Of a stretch of 64,000 bases of DNA, positions 1-9,290 are shown piece by piece. The position numbers were made by a program, and so were the translations under genes. The stretch is from positions 72,611 through 136,610 of the forward strand of contig JAFGXI010000010.1 in the NCBI GenBank assembly GCA_016936665.1. The letters are read 5' to 3'. The notes under the pieces were generated by a model that saw nothing but the letters and a program-made list of their open reading frames with translations, searched no databases and was not told the origin of the DNA. How positions within the stretch are numbered: position 1 is the first letter of the stretch; every line of letters starts with the position of its first letter. The DNA is from Bacteroidales bacterium (GTDB taxonomy: Bacteria > Bacteroidota > Bacteroidia > Bacteroidales > JAFGXI01).

Positions 1-303
1 AAGTATGCGCCAGCCCTATATGCTTCGTTAGGTATCTTTTTACCTCTTATTGCTGTGAACTGTGCAATTTTAGGAGGTTCTCTATTTATGCAAGAGCGCG
101 AATACACATCAATTGCTCAGGCCACATCGTTTGCATTTGGCTCAGGTATTGGCTGGTTTTTAGCAATTGTTGGAATCGCTGCTATTCGCGAAAAAATCCG
201 TTACTCACAAGTTCCTGCGCCACTTAGAGGCTTAGGTATAACTTTTATTGTAACAGGTTTGATGGGAATCGCTTTTATGAGCTTCATGGGTATTAAACTT
301 TAA
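1..303 (+). CDS. nqrE: Na+-translocating NADH:quinone oxidoreductase subunit E, C-terminal part (5' end outside window)
   Basis: Frame 1 is open from base 1 ([26 protein letters not shown]...). Polytopic hydrophobic sequence typical of the NqrE/RnfA family. Stop at 301-303, 8 nt before nqrF. Confidence 0.85.
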   Translation, partial: KYAPALYASLGIFLPLIAVNCAILGGSLFMQEREYTSIAQATSFAFGSGIGWFLAIVGIAAIREKIRYSQVPAPLRGLGITFIVTGLMGIAFMSFMGIKL

Positions 304-311
304 GAAAGAAA

Positions 312-1571
312 ATGACTATGACATTATTAGCGATATCAACAACAGTAATAGTTAGTGGGATTATTGTCTTTTTAGGCATGACGCTCCTACTTGTGGGCAT
401 TCTTCTATTTGCTAAAAGTAAATTAACCCCTTCCGGAGAAGTTAAACTTCAGATTAACGAGGAAGAAGCAATGATTGTAGAACCCGGCTCAACGCTTTTA
501 GCTACACTAGGTAATAACAAAATCCTTTTACCTTCGGCTTGCGGTGGTGGTGGCACATGTGCCATGTGTAGAATTCAAGTTCCCGAAGGAGGTGGGTCTA
601 TTTTACCAACAGAGACCGGTTATTTTACTCGTAAGGAACAACAAAACAACTGGCGTTTAGCTTGTCAGGTGAAAGTTAAAAACGACATGAAAGTTAAAAT
701 CCCACAGGAAATTATGGGTATTAAAAAGTGGGAATGCGAAGTGGTTTCTAACGAAGGTCGTGCAACATACATTAAAGAGTTTGTGGTTAAACTACCAGAA
801 GGCGAAACACTTGATTTTCGTTCGGGAGGCTACATTCAAATTGATGTTCCTAAAATCGAAGTCGATTTTAAAGACTTCGTTATAGAAGAAAAATTCCGTG
901 AAGACTGGGATAAATTTAATCTTTGGGATCTTAAAATGAAGAATCCGGAAGAAACTTACCGTGCATATTCGATGGCCAATCACCCGGCAGAAGGTAATAT
1001 TGTAATGCTAAACATTCGTATTGCTACGCCACCTTGGGATCGAGCAAAAAACACATGGATGAATGTTAATCCCGGGGTTTGTTCTTCGTTTATATTTTCA
1101 AGAAAACCAGGCGATAAAGTAATGGTTTCCGGACCTTATGGTGAGTTTTTTATTAAAGATACTCAAAACGAAATGATGTTTATTGGTGGTGGTGCAGGTA
1201 TGGCGCCTATGCGTTCTCATATCTTCGACCAATTTCATACTCAACGTACAAGCAGAAAAGCTACCTTTTGGTATGGCGCACGTTCGTTAAGAGAAGTCTT
1301 CTACGAAGATCACTTTAGAGCTATCGAAAATGAATTCCCGAACTTTAAATTCCAAATCGGACTTTCAGAACCGCTTCCTGAAGACAATTGGACAGGTTAT
1401 ACCGGGTTTATTCATCAAATAATTTTCGATAATTATTTGAAAGATCACGATGCACCTGAAGATATAGAATACTACTTATGTGGACCGCCTATGATGAATG
1501 CAGCCGTTGAAAAAATGCTGTACGATTTGGGAGTGCCTCATGAAAATATTATGTTTGACGACTTCGGTTAA
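312..1571 (+). CDS. nqrF: Na+-translocating NADH:quinone oxidoreductase subunit F
   Basis: 419 aa. N-terminal TM helix, plant-type 2Fe-2S motif CGGGGTCAMC, FAD-binding RAYSMAN, NADH-binding GGGAGMAPM. Follows nqrE. Confidence 0.95.
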   Translation: MTMTLLAISTTVIVSGIIVFLGMTLLLVGILLFAKSKLTPSGEVKLQINEEEAMIVEPGSTLLATLGNNKILLPSACGGGGTCAMCRIQVPEGGGSILPTETGYFTRKEQQNNWRLACQVKVKNDMKVKIPQEIMGIKKWECEVVSNEGRATYIKEFVVKLPEGETLDFRSGGYIQIDVPKIEVDFKDFVIEEKFREDWDKFNLWDLKMKNPEETYRAYSMANHPAEGNIVMLNIRIATPPWDRAKNTWMNVNPGVCSSFIFSRKPGDKVMVSGPYGEFFIKDTQNEMMFIGGGAGMAPMRSHIFDQFHTQRTSRKATFWYGARSLREVFYEDHFRAIENEFPNFKFQIGLSEPLPEDNWTGYTGFIHQIIFDNYLKDHDAPEDIEYYLCGPPMMNAAVEKMLYDLGVPHENIMFDDFG

Positions 1572-1604
1572 TATTAAATATCTTCAATAAAAATTATTAC
1601 AAGT

Positions 1605-1636
1605 AAAGCTCGACCTTTGTCGGGCTTTATTTTTTA
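1605..1636 (+). terminator. Rho-independent terminator after nqrF
   Basis: AAAGCTCGAC-cttt-GTCGGGCTTT 10-bp stem (one G-U pair) followed by ATTTTTT. Confidence 0.75.
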
Positions 1637-1653
1637 CTTTTTGCTTTCTCGTA

Positions 1654-2012
1654 ATGAATCAGCTAATAAAAAATATTACTTCCATACTTTCTCATTTTAT
1701 AGTGGGAATGTTTTTCTTTTTCAGTTTTAGATTAATATTATTTTTTACACTGAAAAACACATCGGACGTTAGTAATGATTGGGATCTAGTACTTACTTTT
1801 CCTCAGACGATAAGTTAGCTGGTATCGATAATCAGTATTATTATATTTATAGCACCGACGGAACAGAATCTTTATACGAATATAAATCTGAGAATAATTC
1901 TAATATTATAAATCGTAAAGCAGAAATTGCTAAAGCGATGAAATTAAAAACTATTGCACCTATTCAAACTGCAAAGTGGTTAATCGATCAAAAAAAGACT
2001 AAGATAAAATAG
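1654..2012 (+). pseudogene. Deletion remnant of a sulfatase / LTA-synthase-family membrane protein (N-terminal anchor and extreme C-terminus only)
   Basis: Two short ORFs in different frames. 1654-1818 has 54 codons (MNQLIKNITSILSHFIVGMFFFFSFRLILFFTLKN...) and looks like the membrane anchor of LTA-synthase-type sulfatases. 1779-2012 has 77 codons with a TTG start, and its ...LYEYKSENNSNIINRKAEIAKAMKLKTIAPIQTAKWLIDQK resembles the extreme C-terminus of the same family. The roughly 500-aa catalytic core is absent. Family assignment is from recall only. Confidence 0.4.
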
Positions 2013-2016
2013 ATGT

Positions 2017-3906
2017 TTAGGCTCTTTCGCTCAACTCCAGCCAACGGAATTCTTTTTCATCTAATAAGTCGGAAGTGGTCTGAAATTTTATAGAAAGTTC
2101 CATGATTTTTTCGTGATCGGTATTTTGCTCTGATAATTGAAGTTCTAAGCGCTTCTTTTCGTCGCTTAATAATTCAATTTCTTTCTCCAACTGCTCGAAC
2201 TCCACTTTTTCTTTATAGCTCAAGCGTTTTGAATAGTCGTTCTTTATTTGAACCTCAGCATTAGTAGATTCTTGTTTTTCTTTCGAATCGTTCAATTTTT
2301 GCTGTTTAGCTTTACGCAATTCCGACCAGCGGTAATCGGTGTAATTGCCGGGAAAATCGTTTACCCGGCCCTCTCCTTCAAAAACAAAAAGATGATCGAC
2401 CAGTTTATCGGTAAAATATCTGTCGTGCGACACAACTAACAAGCAACCTTCGAAATGCAACAAATAATCTTCCAAAACATTTAGAGTAATGATATCTAAA
2501 TCATTAGTTGGTTCGTCGAGAATAAGAAAATTTGGGTTTCGCATTAAAACGGTAAGCAGGTATAATCGTCGCTTTTCTCCCCCACTTAACTTATCCACTC
2601 TCACCCTATGCATTTTAGGAGGAAAAAGAAAGTGATTTAAAAAACTCACAGGCGACAATTTCTTTCCATCGCCATAATCGACAACTTCCATAATGTCTGT
2701 AACAATATCTAACAATGTTTTTTCGGGAGAAAATTGTATTCCCTCTTGGTGATAATAACCTATAGAAACAGTGCTTCCTATCTCTAAATATCCACTATCG
2801 GGTTTTAATTCTTGAGTTAACAAATTTAAAAAGGTAGACTTGCCCGATCCGTTTTTCCCTACAATGCCAACTTTTTCGCCTTTAGCAAACTTATACGAAA
2901 AATCAGTTAATATTTGAAGATCGTCGAAAGTCTTACTCAAATGATGAATATCGACTACCTTGGTTCCCAAGCGTTGAGAGGGAAATTTGATGGTCACTCG
3001 GTCTTTAATCATCTTTCGAGATGCTTTTTCTCGTATTTCTTCTACACTATCGACACGATATTTTGCTTTAGTAGTTCTAGCTTTTGGCATACGATTCAAC
3101 CATTCCATCTCTCGTTTAAGAAGCATTCTGGCTTTGTCTATTTCTGTGTTTCGTTGCGTTATTCGTTCCTCTCGCTTTTCTAAATAGTATTGGTATCCGC
3201 CCGAATAGCTAAAAAGTTCATTATTTTCTAACTCAATAATTCTATTACAAACCCGATCTAAAAAATATCGATCGTGAGTTACCATCAATAATGTAATTTG
3301 ACTATCCATCAGGTAATCTTCCAACCATTCAATCATTTCAATATCCAAATGATTGGTCGGTTCATCAAGAATTAGGAACTGAGGCTGTTTTAATAGCACC
3401 GAAGCCAAGGCCAAGCGTTTCACCTGACCACCGGACAACTCAGAAATCTTTTGTTCCTTATTATCAATCTTCAACTTGGATAAAAATTGATTGATATTAA
3501 CTTGCAAATCCCAAGCTCGTTTCGATTCTATTTCATTCATCAAATGATGTAGCTCGTCGTTCGGGTCGTTTACGATTAGTTTCTCGTAACGATGCAATAG
3601 CTCCAAAACATCTTTAAATTCGTACAAAATAGCTTCTTCTACCGATAAATTATTATCGAAAACAGGCGCTTGCTCTAAATAAGCAACGACTAAATCGTTT
3701 TTGTAAGTAATACTACCCGAATTATAATCGAGTTGATTGGCTAATATTTGTAAAATAGTAGATTTTCCTGCCCCATTTTTGGCAATGAGAGCCAACTTCT
3801 CGCCCTTATGAATACTCAAACTAATGTCGGAAAACAACTCAACATCGCCAAACGACTTGCTTAGTTTTTCGACAATTAAATAAACTTCATCCACCTTTTC
3901 AGCCAT
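2017..3906 (-). CDS. ABC-F family ATPase (Uup-like, soluble, two ABC cassettes plus C-terminal coiled coil)
   Basis: 629 aa. Walker A AKNGAGKST and GKNGSGKST, signatures LSGGQ and LSGGE, Walker B LILDEPTN twice. No TM segments. K/E-rich C-terminal coiled coil. Confidence 0.9.
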   Translation of the reverse strand: MAEKVDEVYLIVEKLSKSFGDVELFSDISLSIHKGEKLALIAKNGAGKSTILQILANQLDYNSGSITYKNDLVVAYLEQAPVFDNNLSVEEAILYEFKDVLELLHRYEKLIVNDPNDELHHLMNEIESKRAWDLQVNINQFLSKLKIDNKEQKISELSGGQVKRLALASVLLKQPQFLILDEPTNHLDIEMIEWLEDYLMDSQITLLMVTHDRYFLDRVCNRIIELENNELFSYSGGYQYYLEKREERITQRNTEIDKARMLLKREMEWLNRMPKARTTKAKYRVDSVEEIREKASRKMIKDRVTIKFPSQRLGTKVVDIHHLSKTFDDLQILTDFSYKFAKGEKVGIVGKNGSGKSTFLNLLTQELKPDSGYLEIGSTVSIGYYHQEGIQFSPEKTLLDIVTDIMEVVDYGDGKKLSPVSFLNHFLFPPKMHRVRVDKLSGGEKRRLYLLTVLMRNPNFLILDEPTNDLDIITLNVLEDYLLHFEGCLLVVSHDRYFTDKLVDHLFVFEGEGRVNDFPGNYTDYRWSELRKAKQQKLNDSKEKQESTNAEVQIKNDYSKRLSYKEKVEFEQLEKEIELLSDEKKRLELQLSEQNTDHEKIMELSIKFQTTSDLLDEKEFRWLELSERA

Positions 3907-3979
3907 GCTTCAATTAATTCATAATTTATGGCAAAAATAAGCCTTAATATTCAATAATAGCCTATTCGTATAAACTTAG

Positions 3980-3987
3980 TATGTTTG
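3980..3987 (+). promoter_or_regulatory. Bacteroidota-type -7 promoter box (TAnnTTTG) for nth
   Basis: TATGTTTG, 17 nt upstream of the nth ATG. Matches the TAnnTTTG consensus described for Bacteroides primary-sigma promoters. Confidence 0.35.
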
Positions 3988-4003
3988 TAAAAATTCTGCC
4001 ATC

Positions 4004-4639
4004 ATGACTAAAAAAGAGCGATTCGGACATATCATCGACTACTTTAAAACCCACCAACCAGTTGCCGAAACAGAATTAGAATATCACGATCCTTTTTCTT
4101 TATTGGTTGCCGTAATTTTATCGGCACAATGCACCGACAAACGGGTTAACCTAATTACTCCTGAATTAATAGCTAGTTTCCCTACTCCACAAAAAATGGC
4201 GTCTACTACAAGCGAAGAAATATACGAATACATTAAGTCTTGTAACTTTGCTAATAACAAATCGAAACATCTTGTTGGCATGGCAAAAATGTTGGTTGAA
4301 CTGTTCAATGCCAAAGTTCCCGATAACATCTACGACTTGCAAAAGCTACCGGGAGTAGGTAGAAAAACTGCCAATGTAATTGTCTCGGTGGTTTTTAACC
4401 AACCTGCTATGGCTGTAGACACACATGTGTTTAGAGTTTCTGCTCGACTAGGGTTAAGCACAAAGGCAAAAACACCTTTAGATACCGAAAAACAATTGGT
4501 TAAGTACATTCCTGAGGAATTACTGCCCATCGCCCACCATTGGCTCATATTACATGGCCGTTATATTTGTTTAGCCCGCAGTCCAAAATGCGAAGTTTGT
4601 CCTTTAACACCATGGTGCAAAGCGTACTCGAATAAATGA
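4004..4639 (+). CDS. nth: Endonuclease III (DNA-(apurinic/apyrimidinic site) lyase)
   Basis: 211 aa. HhH-GPD motif LPGVGRKTANV with catalytic Lys. C-terminal 4Fe-4S cluster loop CLARSPKCEVCPLTPWC. Confidence 0.93.
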   Translation: MTKKERFGHIIDYFKTHQPVAETELEYHDPFSLLVAVILSAQCTDKRVNLITPELIASFPTPQKMASTTSEEIYEYIKSCNFANNKSKHLVGMAKMLVELFNAKVPDNIYDLQKLPGVGRKTANVIVSVVFNQPAMAVDTHVFRVSARLGLSTKAKTPLDTEKQLVKYIPEELLPIAHHWLILHGRYICLARSPKCEVCPLTPWCKAYSNK

Positions 4640-4694
4640 TAATTAAATCGCCAGCTTTCGCTTATATCGGCCTTGCTCATTAAATTAGTTTTTC

Positions 4695-4715
4695 TAAGTT
4701 TGTTAGAAATTCTAA
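4695..4715 (+). promoter_or_regulatory. -7 box TAAGTTTG (4695-4702) followed directly by the palindrome TTAGAA-A-TTCTAA (4703-4715), ahead of the sensor kinase start
   Basis: Perfect TAnnTTTG match, then a perfect 6-1-6 inverted repeat ending 2 nt before the ATG at 4718. The half-sites are identical to those of the tpx and TonB/haem-locus palindromes. Confidence 0.3.
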
Positions 4716-4717
4716 AC

Positions 4718-6442
4718 ATGTCGATCAGTTTAAAGTTAAGCTTGTATTTCTTAGTATTGATAGTTTTTGCCGTCAATATAACCGGGGCTTATTCTTTTTA
4801 CAAAGCCAAAGATGCACTTACAGAAAGAACTTTCGACCAATTAAGCTCTGTGCGAACTGAGAAGAAAAATCGGATTGAATCTTATTTTCAGGAACGACAA
4901 CGCGAAATTGAGCTTATTTCTCATTCTTTAGTTGAACAAAACTTAATGGCCGATTCGAATTTTGTAGGATCGGATAAAATTGCCTTTTATCTTAATAACG
5001 AAGAAAACTATGTTCATGCTTATTGGCTCAGCAATTTAGAGCTAAAAAGTATCGATACACTGGCGCTTAACAATAAAAAAATATCTCAACAACTTAAACA
5101 TAAAATTAATGCTAAATTAAATTTTCAGATTATCGAACTATCGGTGGAAGACACCACTTTTAAGCCTGCTGTATTTCTAATATCAAAAATCAATTCTAAA
5201 CTTAAAGAACACTTTCTAATTTTTGAGTTAAGCAAAACTGCAATTAATAAAATTATGTACGAAAATAACCCACACAATGGACTTGGCAAATCGGGGGAGT
5301 CGTACTTAGTTGGGCAAGATCATTTAATGCGAAGCACTTCTCGTTTTCATTCGAATTCTGTATATAAAACCAAAGTAGAAACTTATGGCGTTAATAATGC
5401 TCTGAGTGGCGTTTCTGGTTTTGGAACGTACAAAGATTACCGAAATATCTCAATTTTAGGTTCCTTCGAAAAACTAGAAATAAACGGACTTAACTGGATT
5501 GTACTGGCAGAAATTGATGTAGAAGAAGCCATGACACCAATTAGATCGATTAGGTATAATATCATCTACATCGTTATTATCATTACCATTTTATTTTTAA
5601 GTATCATCATTATTATTGCTAAACGAATAAGTTTACCTATCGAAAACCTTAAAAAAAACATCCTTGCCTTTTCCGAAAATGCAAAACCAATTGAGATGAA
5701 AGTTCAAGGCAAAGACGAAATATCGGAACTCACCAAAGCCTTTAACTCGATGACTCAAACAATAACCGACCAACGAATGCACATCGAAAAAGAACGACTA
5801 AAGCAAAGTCGATCGATTATTGAAGGTCAAGAAAAAGAACGACGCAGATTGGCCAGAGAACTGCACGATGGTTTAGCTCAGTCTGTTCTGGCAATAAAAA
5901 TGATTCTCCAGAATGCTATTGGAAACGAACAGGAAAAGACGCAGCAAATTTTGCAAGACGTTCAAGGAATGTTTAGTAATATTATTCGAGAAATAAGAGC
6001 AACAGTAAACAACCTTATGCCTTCTGTTCTAAATCGTTTCGGACTAAAAAAAGCCATAGAGCAACTCATTAATGATATTCAAATAAGCTCTAAAATTGAA
6101 TGTGAACTTAATATTCAAATAGAATACGAAATTCGCAACGATTTGCTAAATACTTATCTATACAGAATAGTCCAAGAGTGTTTAAACAACACTTTAAAAT
6201 ATGCTAATGCTTCAAATCTTAATATTGAGATTCGACAATCAAAAGATGCTATTTTTCTTAATTTTGAAGATAATGGACAAGAATTCGACACCAGTTCTAT
6301 TAACAAATCGAAAGGTAATGGACTAGCTAATATAAAAGAGCGTGTTAATGTTTTATCTGGGCAATTAGAAATTATTAGTACAATAAATAAAGGCACAGCG
6401 GTTAATGTAAGCATTCCGTACCAAGCAGACAATGAATTATGA
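4718..6442 (+). CDS. Sensor histidine kinase, NarX/LiaS class (periplasmic Cache-like domain, HAMP, HisKA_3, HATPase_c)
   Basis: N-terminal TM, extracytoplasmic region with GESYLVGQDHLMRS...YKDYRNISILGSF...WIVLAEIDVEEA (Cache-like), second TM, HAMP. H-box ARELHDGLAQ (HisKA_3). N box NNTLKYANAS and G boxes DNGQEF / GNGLANIKER. The ATG at 4718 is preferred over the TTG at 4673. Confidence 0.85.
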   Translation: MSISLKLSLYFLVLIVFAVNITGAYSFYKAKDALTERTFDQLSSVRTEKKNRIESYFQERQREIELISHSLVEQNLMADSNFVGSDKIAFYLNNEENYVHAYWLSNLELKSIDTLALNNKKISQQLKHKINAKLNFQIIELSVEDTTFKPAVFLISKINSKLKEHFLIFELSKTAINKIMYENNPHNGLGKSGESYLVGQDHLMRSTSRFHSNSVYKTKVETYGVNNALSGVSGFGTYKDYRNISILGSFEKLEINGLNWIVLAEIDVEEAMTPIRSIRYNIIYIVIIITILFLSIIIIIAKRISLPIENLKKNILAFSENAKPIEMKVQGKDEISELTKAFNSMTQTITDQRMHIEKERLKQSRSIIEGQEKERRRLARELHDGLAQSVLAIKMILQNAIGNEQEKTQQILQDVQGMFSNIIREIRATVNNLMPSVLNRFGLKKAIEQLINDIQISSKIECELNIQIEYEIRNDLLNTYLYRIVQECLNNTLKYANASNLNIEIRQSKDAIFLNFEDNGQEFDTSSINKSKGNGLANIKERVNVLSGQLEIISTINKGTAVNVSIPYQADNEL

Positions 6443-7119
6443 AAACAGAAACCCCAACTAAAATCAATATTGTTTTGGTCGACGATCATCATCTTTTTAG
6501 AAATGGTGTAAAATCTGTAATAGAATCGGAAAATCAAATCGAAGTCGTCAAAGAATATTCCAATGCCGAAGATTTGCTCATAGAGCTTGAATCGAAGACT
6601 ATTAGTCCCGACATAATAATTGCAGACATAAGTATGGGCGGCATGAGTGGCATTGAGCTTATCGAAATAGTTAATCAAAAATTCGATAATATTAAGTGCA
6701 TTGTTTTAAGCATGCACAACAGTGAGCAATTTATATTAGATGCTATTGAAAAAGGCGCAAAAGCGTATTTATCTAAAGAGGTTGAAAAATCAGAATTAAT
6801 AGAAGCCATCCAAAGTGTTTATCATAACAAGAACTATTTCAGCAAATATATTTCCGAGTATTTAACGCGCCAATATTTAAACCAAAATACCAGTAGCAAT
6901 ACTCCTAAAACAAAAACAATCGACGATATTTCCAAGCGAGAGAAAGAGATTTTATGCTTGGTTGCCAACGGCAATACAAACAAAGAAATTGCTGAAAAAT
7001 TAAACATCAGTATACGAACGGTCGATGCTCACAAAAACAATATTATGCAAAAGCTGGAGATTAAAAACACAGTTGAGCTTGTCAAGTTTGCAATAAGGTC
7101 GAAAATCATAGAACTATAA
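6439..7119 (+). CDS. Response regulator, NarL/LuxR family (REC + HTH_LuxR)
   Basis: 226 aa. Receiver with VLVDDH and IIIADISMGGMSG. C-terminal LSKREKEILCLVANGNTNKEIAEKLNISIRTVDAHKNNIMQKL. 4-nt ATGA overlap with the kinase gene. Confidence 0.9.
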   Translation: MKTETPTKINIVLVDDHHLFRNGVKSVIESENQIEVVKEYSNAEDLLIELESKTISPDIIIADISMGGMSGIELIEIVNQKFDNIKCIVLSMHNSEQFILDAIEKGAKAYLSKEVEKSELIEAIQSVYHNKNYFSKYISEYLTRQYLNQNTSSNTPKTKTIDDISKREKEILCLVANGNTNKEIAEKLNISIRTVDAHKNNIMQKLEIKNTVELVKFAIRSKIIEL

Positions 7120-7120
7120 T

Positions 7121-7146
7121 CTAGGTAAATTACCTAGTCTTTTTTA
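7121..7146 (+). terminator. Rho-independent terminator after the response regulator gene
   Basis: CTAGGTA-aat-TACCTAG hairpin followed by TCTTTTTT. Confidence 0.6.
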
Positions 7147-7181
7147 AGTTTTTTCCCGATTTCATAAAAAACAGCGAGTTA

Positions 7182-7189
7182 TAGCTTTG
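7182..7189 (+). promoter_or_regulatory. -7 promoter box (TAnnTTTG) for the porin-amt unit
   Basis: TAGCTTTG, 38 nt upstream of the ATG at 7227. Confidence 0.35.
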
Positions 7190-7226
7190 TATCGATTAAT
7201 CATTGTTAACACATAAATACATTGCT

Positions 7227-7931
7227 ATGAAAAAACTTTTATTGATAATTAGCGCACTAACTCTGCTTCAAGTCAATTTAATGTCGCAAGAGGTCGACTC
7301 TTTATACAGTATAGGAGTCGATGTTAATTCCAGATACGTATGGCGTGGAACCGATTTTGGAGCATCGCCAAGTATTCAGCCATGCATAGAGGTTTCTAAA
7401 TACAATTTAACCTTAGGCGTTTGGGGAGCATATACAACAAATATGTTTGCTGCACAAGAAGCAGATCTATATTTGTCCTACAACATTAAAGATATGGTAA
7501 GTGTAACAGTAACCGACTATTTCTTTCCTAACGAAACACAAAGAATGGATGGCTATTTTACCAACTGGTTCGACAAAGACTTAAGTGGACATTCATTTGA
7601 AGCGATGCTAAGTTTCACCTATAAAAACCTTTCTGTAATGGGTGCAACTATGGTATATGGTGCAGATGCTGTTAAATCGAACGGAGACAGAGCTTATTCA
7701 ACTTATTTAGAATTGGGCTACACCCACAAAAATATTGATTATTTTATTGGAGCTTCTCCAGGCGAAGGTATATATCAAGCCAGAGCAACCGGATTCAATG
7801 TTGTTAACTTAGGTCTTACAGGGCATAAAGATCTAAAAATTACTGAAAGCTTTAGCTTACCTATTTCTGCTTCCTTAATTGTCAACCCTGAAGCTGAAAA
7901 AATATTTATAGTAATAGGATTTTCATTATAG
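7227..7931 (+). CDS. Outer-membrane beta-barrel protein, TorF-family putative porin
   Basis: Signal peptide MKKLLLIISALTLLQVNLMSQ. SRYVWRGTDFGASPSIQP...LGVWGAY resembles the TorF/Gcw_chp porin family (recall). Alternating beta-strand pattern. 27 nt upstream of amt. Confidence 0.6.
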   Translation: MKKLLLIISALTLLQVNLMSQEVDSLYSIGVDVNSRYVWRGTDFGASPSIQPCIEVSKYNLTLGVWGAYTTNMFAAQEADLYLSYNIKDMVSVTVTDYFFPNETQRMDGYFTNWFDKDLSGHSFEAMLSFTYKNLSVMGATMVYGADAVKSNGDRAYSTYLELGYTHKNIDYFIGASPGEGIYQARATGFNVVNLGLTGHKDLKITESFSLPISASLIVNPEAEKIFIVIGFSL

Positions 7932-7958
7932 TTTATAAACAATTAAAATAAAAAAATT

Positions 7959-9179
7959 ATGGGTTTCGATACAGGGACAACAACATTCATGATTCTTAGT
8001 ACGAGTCTAGTTATGTTAATGACACCGGGTCTTGCTTTCTTTTATGGAGGTTTAGCTGGTAAACGAAATATTTTAGGTATCATGATGCAAACATTTGTAT
8101 CGTTAGGTATTACAACCGCCTTATGGATATCTTTTGGTTATTCGCTATGCTTTAGTGGTGGCGAAGGTGGCATTATTGGTAACTTCGACTGGGCTTTTTT
8201 AAGCGGAATTCCTTTTGACAATCCTTATTCCGGTGCTGATGGACAATATCCTGAGTTTATTTTTATTGCCTATCAAATGATGTTTGCGGTAATTACTCCT
8301 ACTCTGATAACAGGTGCTTTTGTTAACCGCGTTACTTTTAAATCTTACCTTATTTTCTTAGTAGCTTGGCAAATTTTTGTGTATTATCCATTCGTACACA
8401 TGATTTGGGGTGGCGGTTTGTTAGCCCAATGGGGTGTATTAGACTTCGCTGGTGGTATCGTAGTACATGCAACAGCTGGTTTCGCTGCTTTAGCATCCGT
8501 AATCTATGTCGGAAAACGAAGAGATACTCAATCGCCTCCAAATAGTATCCCATTGGTAGCGATTGGTACTGGTTTGCTTTGGTTTGGCTGGTATGGTTTT
8601 AATGCCGGTAGTGAGTTACGCGTCGATGCAATTACCACTACAGCGTTTTTAAACACAGACGTTGCCGCTTCTATTGCAGGAGTAACTTGGTTAATTATCG
8701 AATGGATTCGAGAAGGTCAACCTAAATTTGTAGGACTATTAACTGGTTTTGTTGCCGGTTTGGCAACCATTACGCCTGCAGCTGGTTTTGTACCCCTTTG
8801 GGCAGCTATGGTTATTGGGTTAGTTGCTGGTTCTTTATGCTATATTGCTGTTCAATTTAAAAATAAATTAGGCTGGGATGATGCTCTAGATGTATGGGGC
8901 GTTCACGGCATGGGAGGTGTTTTTGGAACCATTATGTTAGGTCTTTTTGCATCTACTGCTATCAATGGTCAGTCTGGATTACTTGAAGGAAACACTTCAT
9001 TCTTTTTTAAAGAGGTTGTATCTGTTATTGTTGCTTCGGCATACGCATTTATTTTCACCTATTTAATGCTTTACATTATCAACCTAGTTACTAAAGTTAA
9101 AGTTTCCGATATTGAAGAAGATTCTGGTTTAGACGCTTCATTACACGGAGAAAAAGCCTACGACGAAGGAGCATTATAA
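7959..9179 (+). CDS. amt: Ammonium transporter (Amt family)
   Basis: 406 aa, about 11 TM. Conserved blocks FFYGGL, DFAGGIVVHATAGF, GWYGFNAGS, WGVHGMGGVFG. Confidence 0.95.
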   Translation: MGFDTGTTTFMILSTSLVMLMTPGLAFFYGGLAGKRNILGIMMQTFVSLGITTALWISFGYSLCFSGGEGGIIGNFDWAFLSGIPFDNPYSGADGQYPEFIFIAYQMMFAVITPTLITGAFVNRVTFKSYLIFLVAWQIFVYYPFVHMIWGGGLLAQWGVLDFAGGIVVHATAGFAALASVIYVGKRRDTQSPPNSIPLVAIGTGLLWFGWYGFNAGSELRVDAITTTAFLNTDVAASIAGVTWLIIEWIREGQPKFVGLLTGFVAGLATITPAAGFVPLWAAMVIGLVAGSLCYIAVQFKNKLGWDDALDVWGVHGMGGVFGTIMLGLFASTAINGQSGLLEGNTSFFFKEVVSVIVASAYAFIFTYLMLYIINLVTKVKVSDIEEDSGLDASLHGEKAYDEGAL

Positions 9180-9200
9180 GTAAACATTGATTAATATTTT

Positions 9201-9232
9201 GGAGACTGTCTATAAAGACAGTCTCTTTTTTT
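9201..9232 (+). terminator. Rho-independent terminator after amt
   Basis: GAGACTGTC-tataaa-GACAGTCTC perfect 9-bp stem followed by TTTTTTT. Confidence 0.85.
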
Positions 9233-9290
9233 ATTCAAAAATTCTATTTGGAATGTTTCTAAATAAGAGGTAATTTTGAAAAAAAAACAC

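Noticed and set aside
6154-6678. 174-aa minus-strand ORF, and many similar 60-100-aa ORFs in the track (e.g. 792-983, 2248-2439, 2914-3187, 4084-4548, 8350-8553, 17966-18274, 37015-37260, 37954-38256, 56419-56676, 63414-63725)
   Set aside because: All lie antisense to, or out of frame within, long CDS with clear family signatures. Their sequences are low-complexity with no motifs. They are treated as spurious shadows expected in AT-rich DNA.
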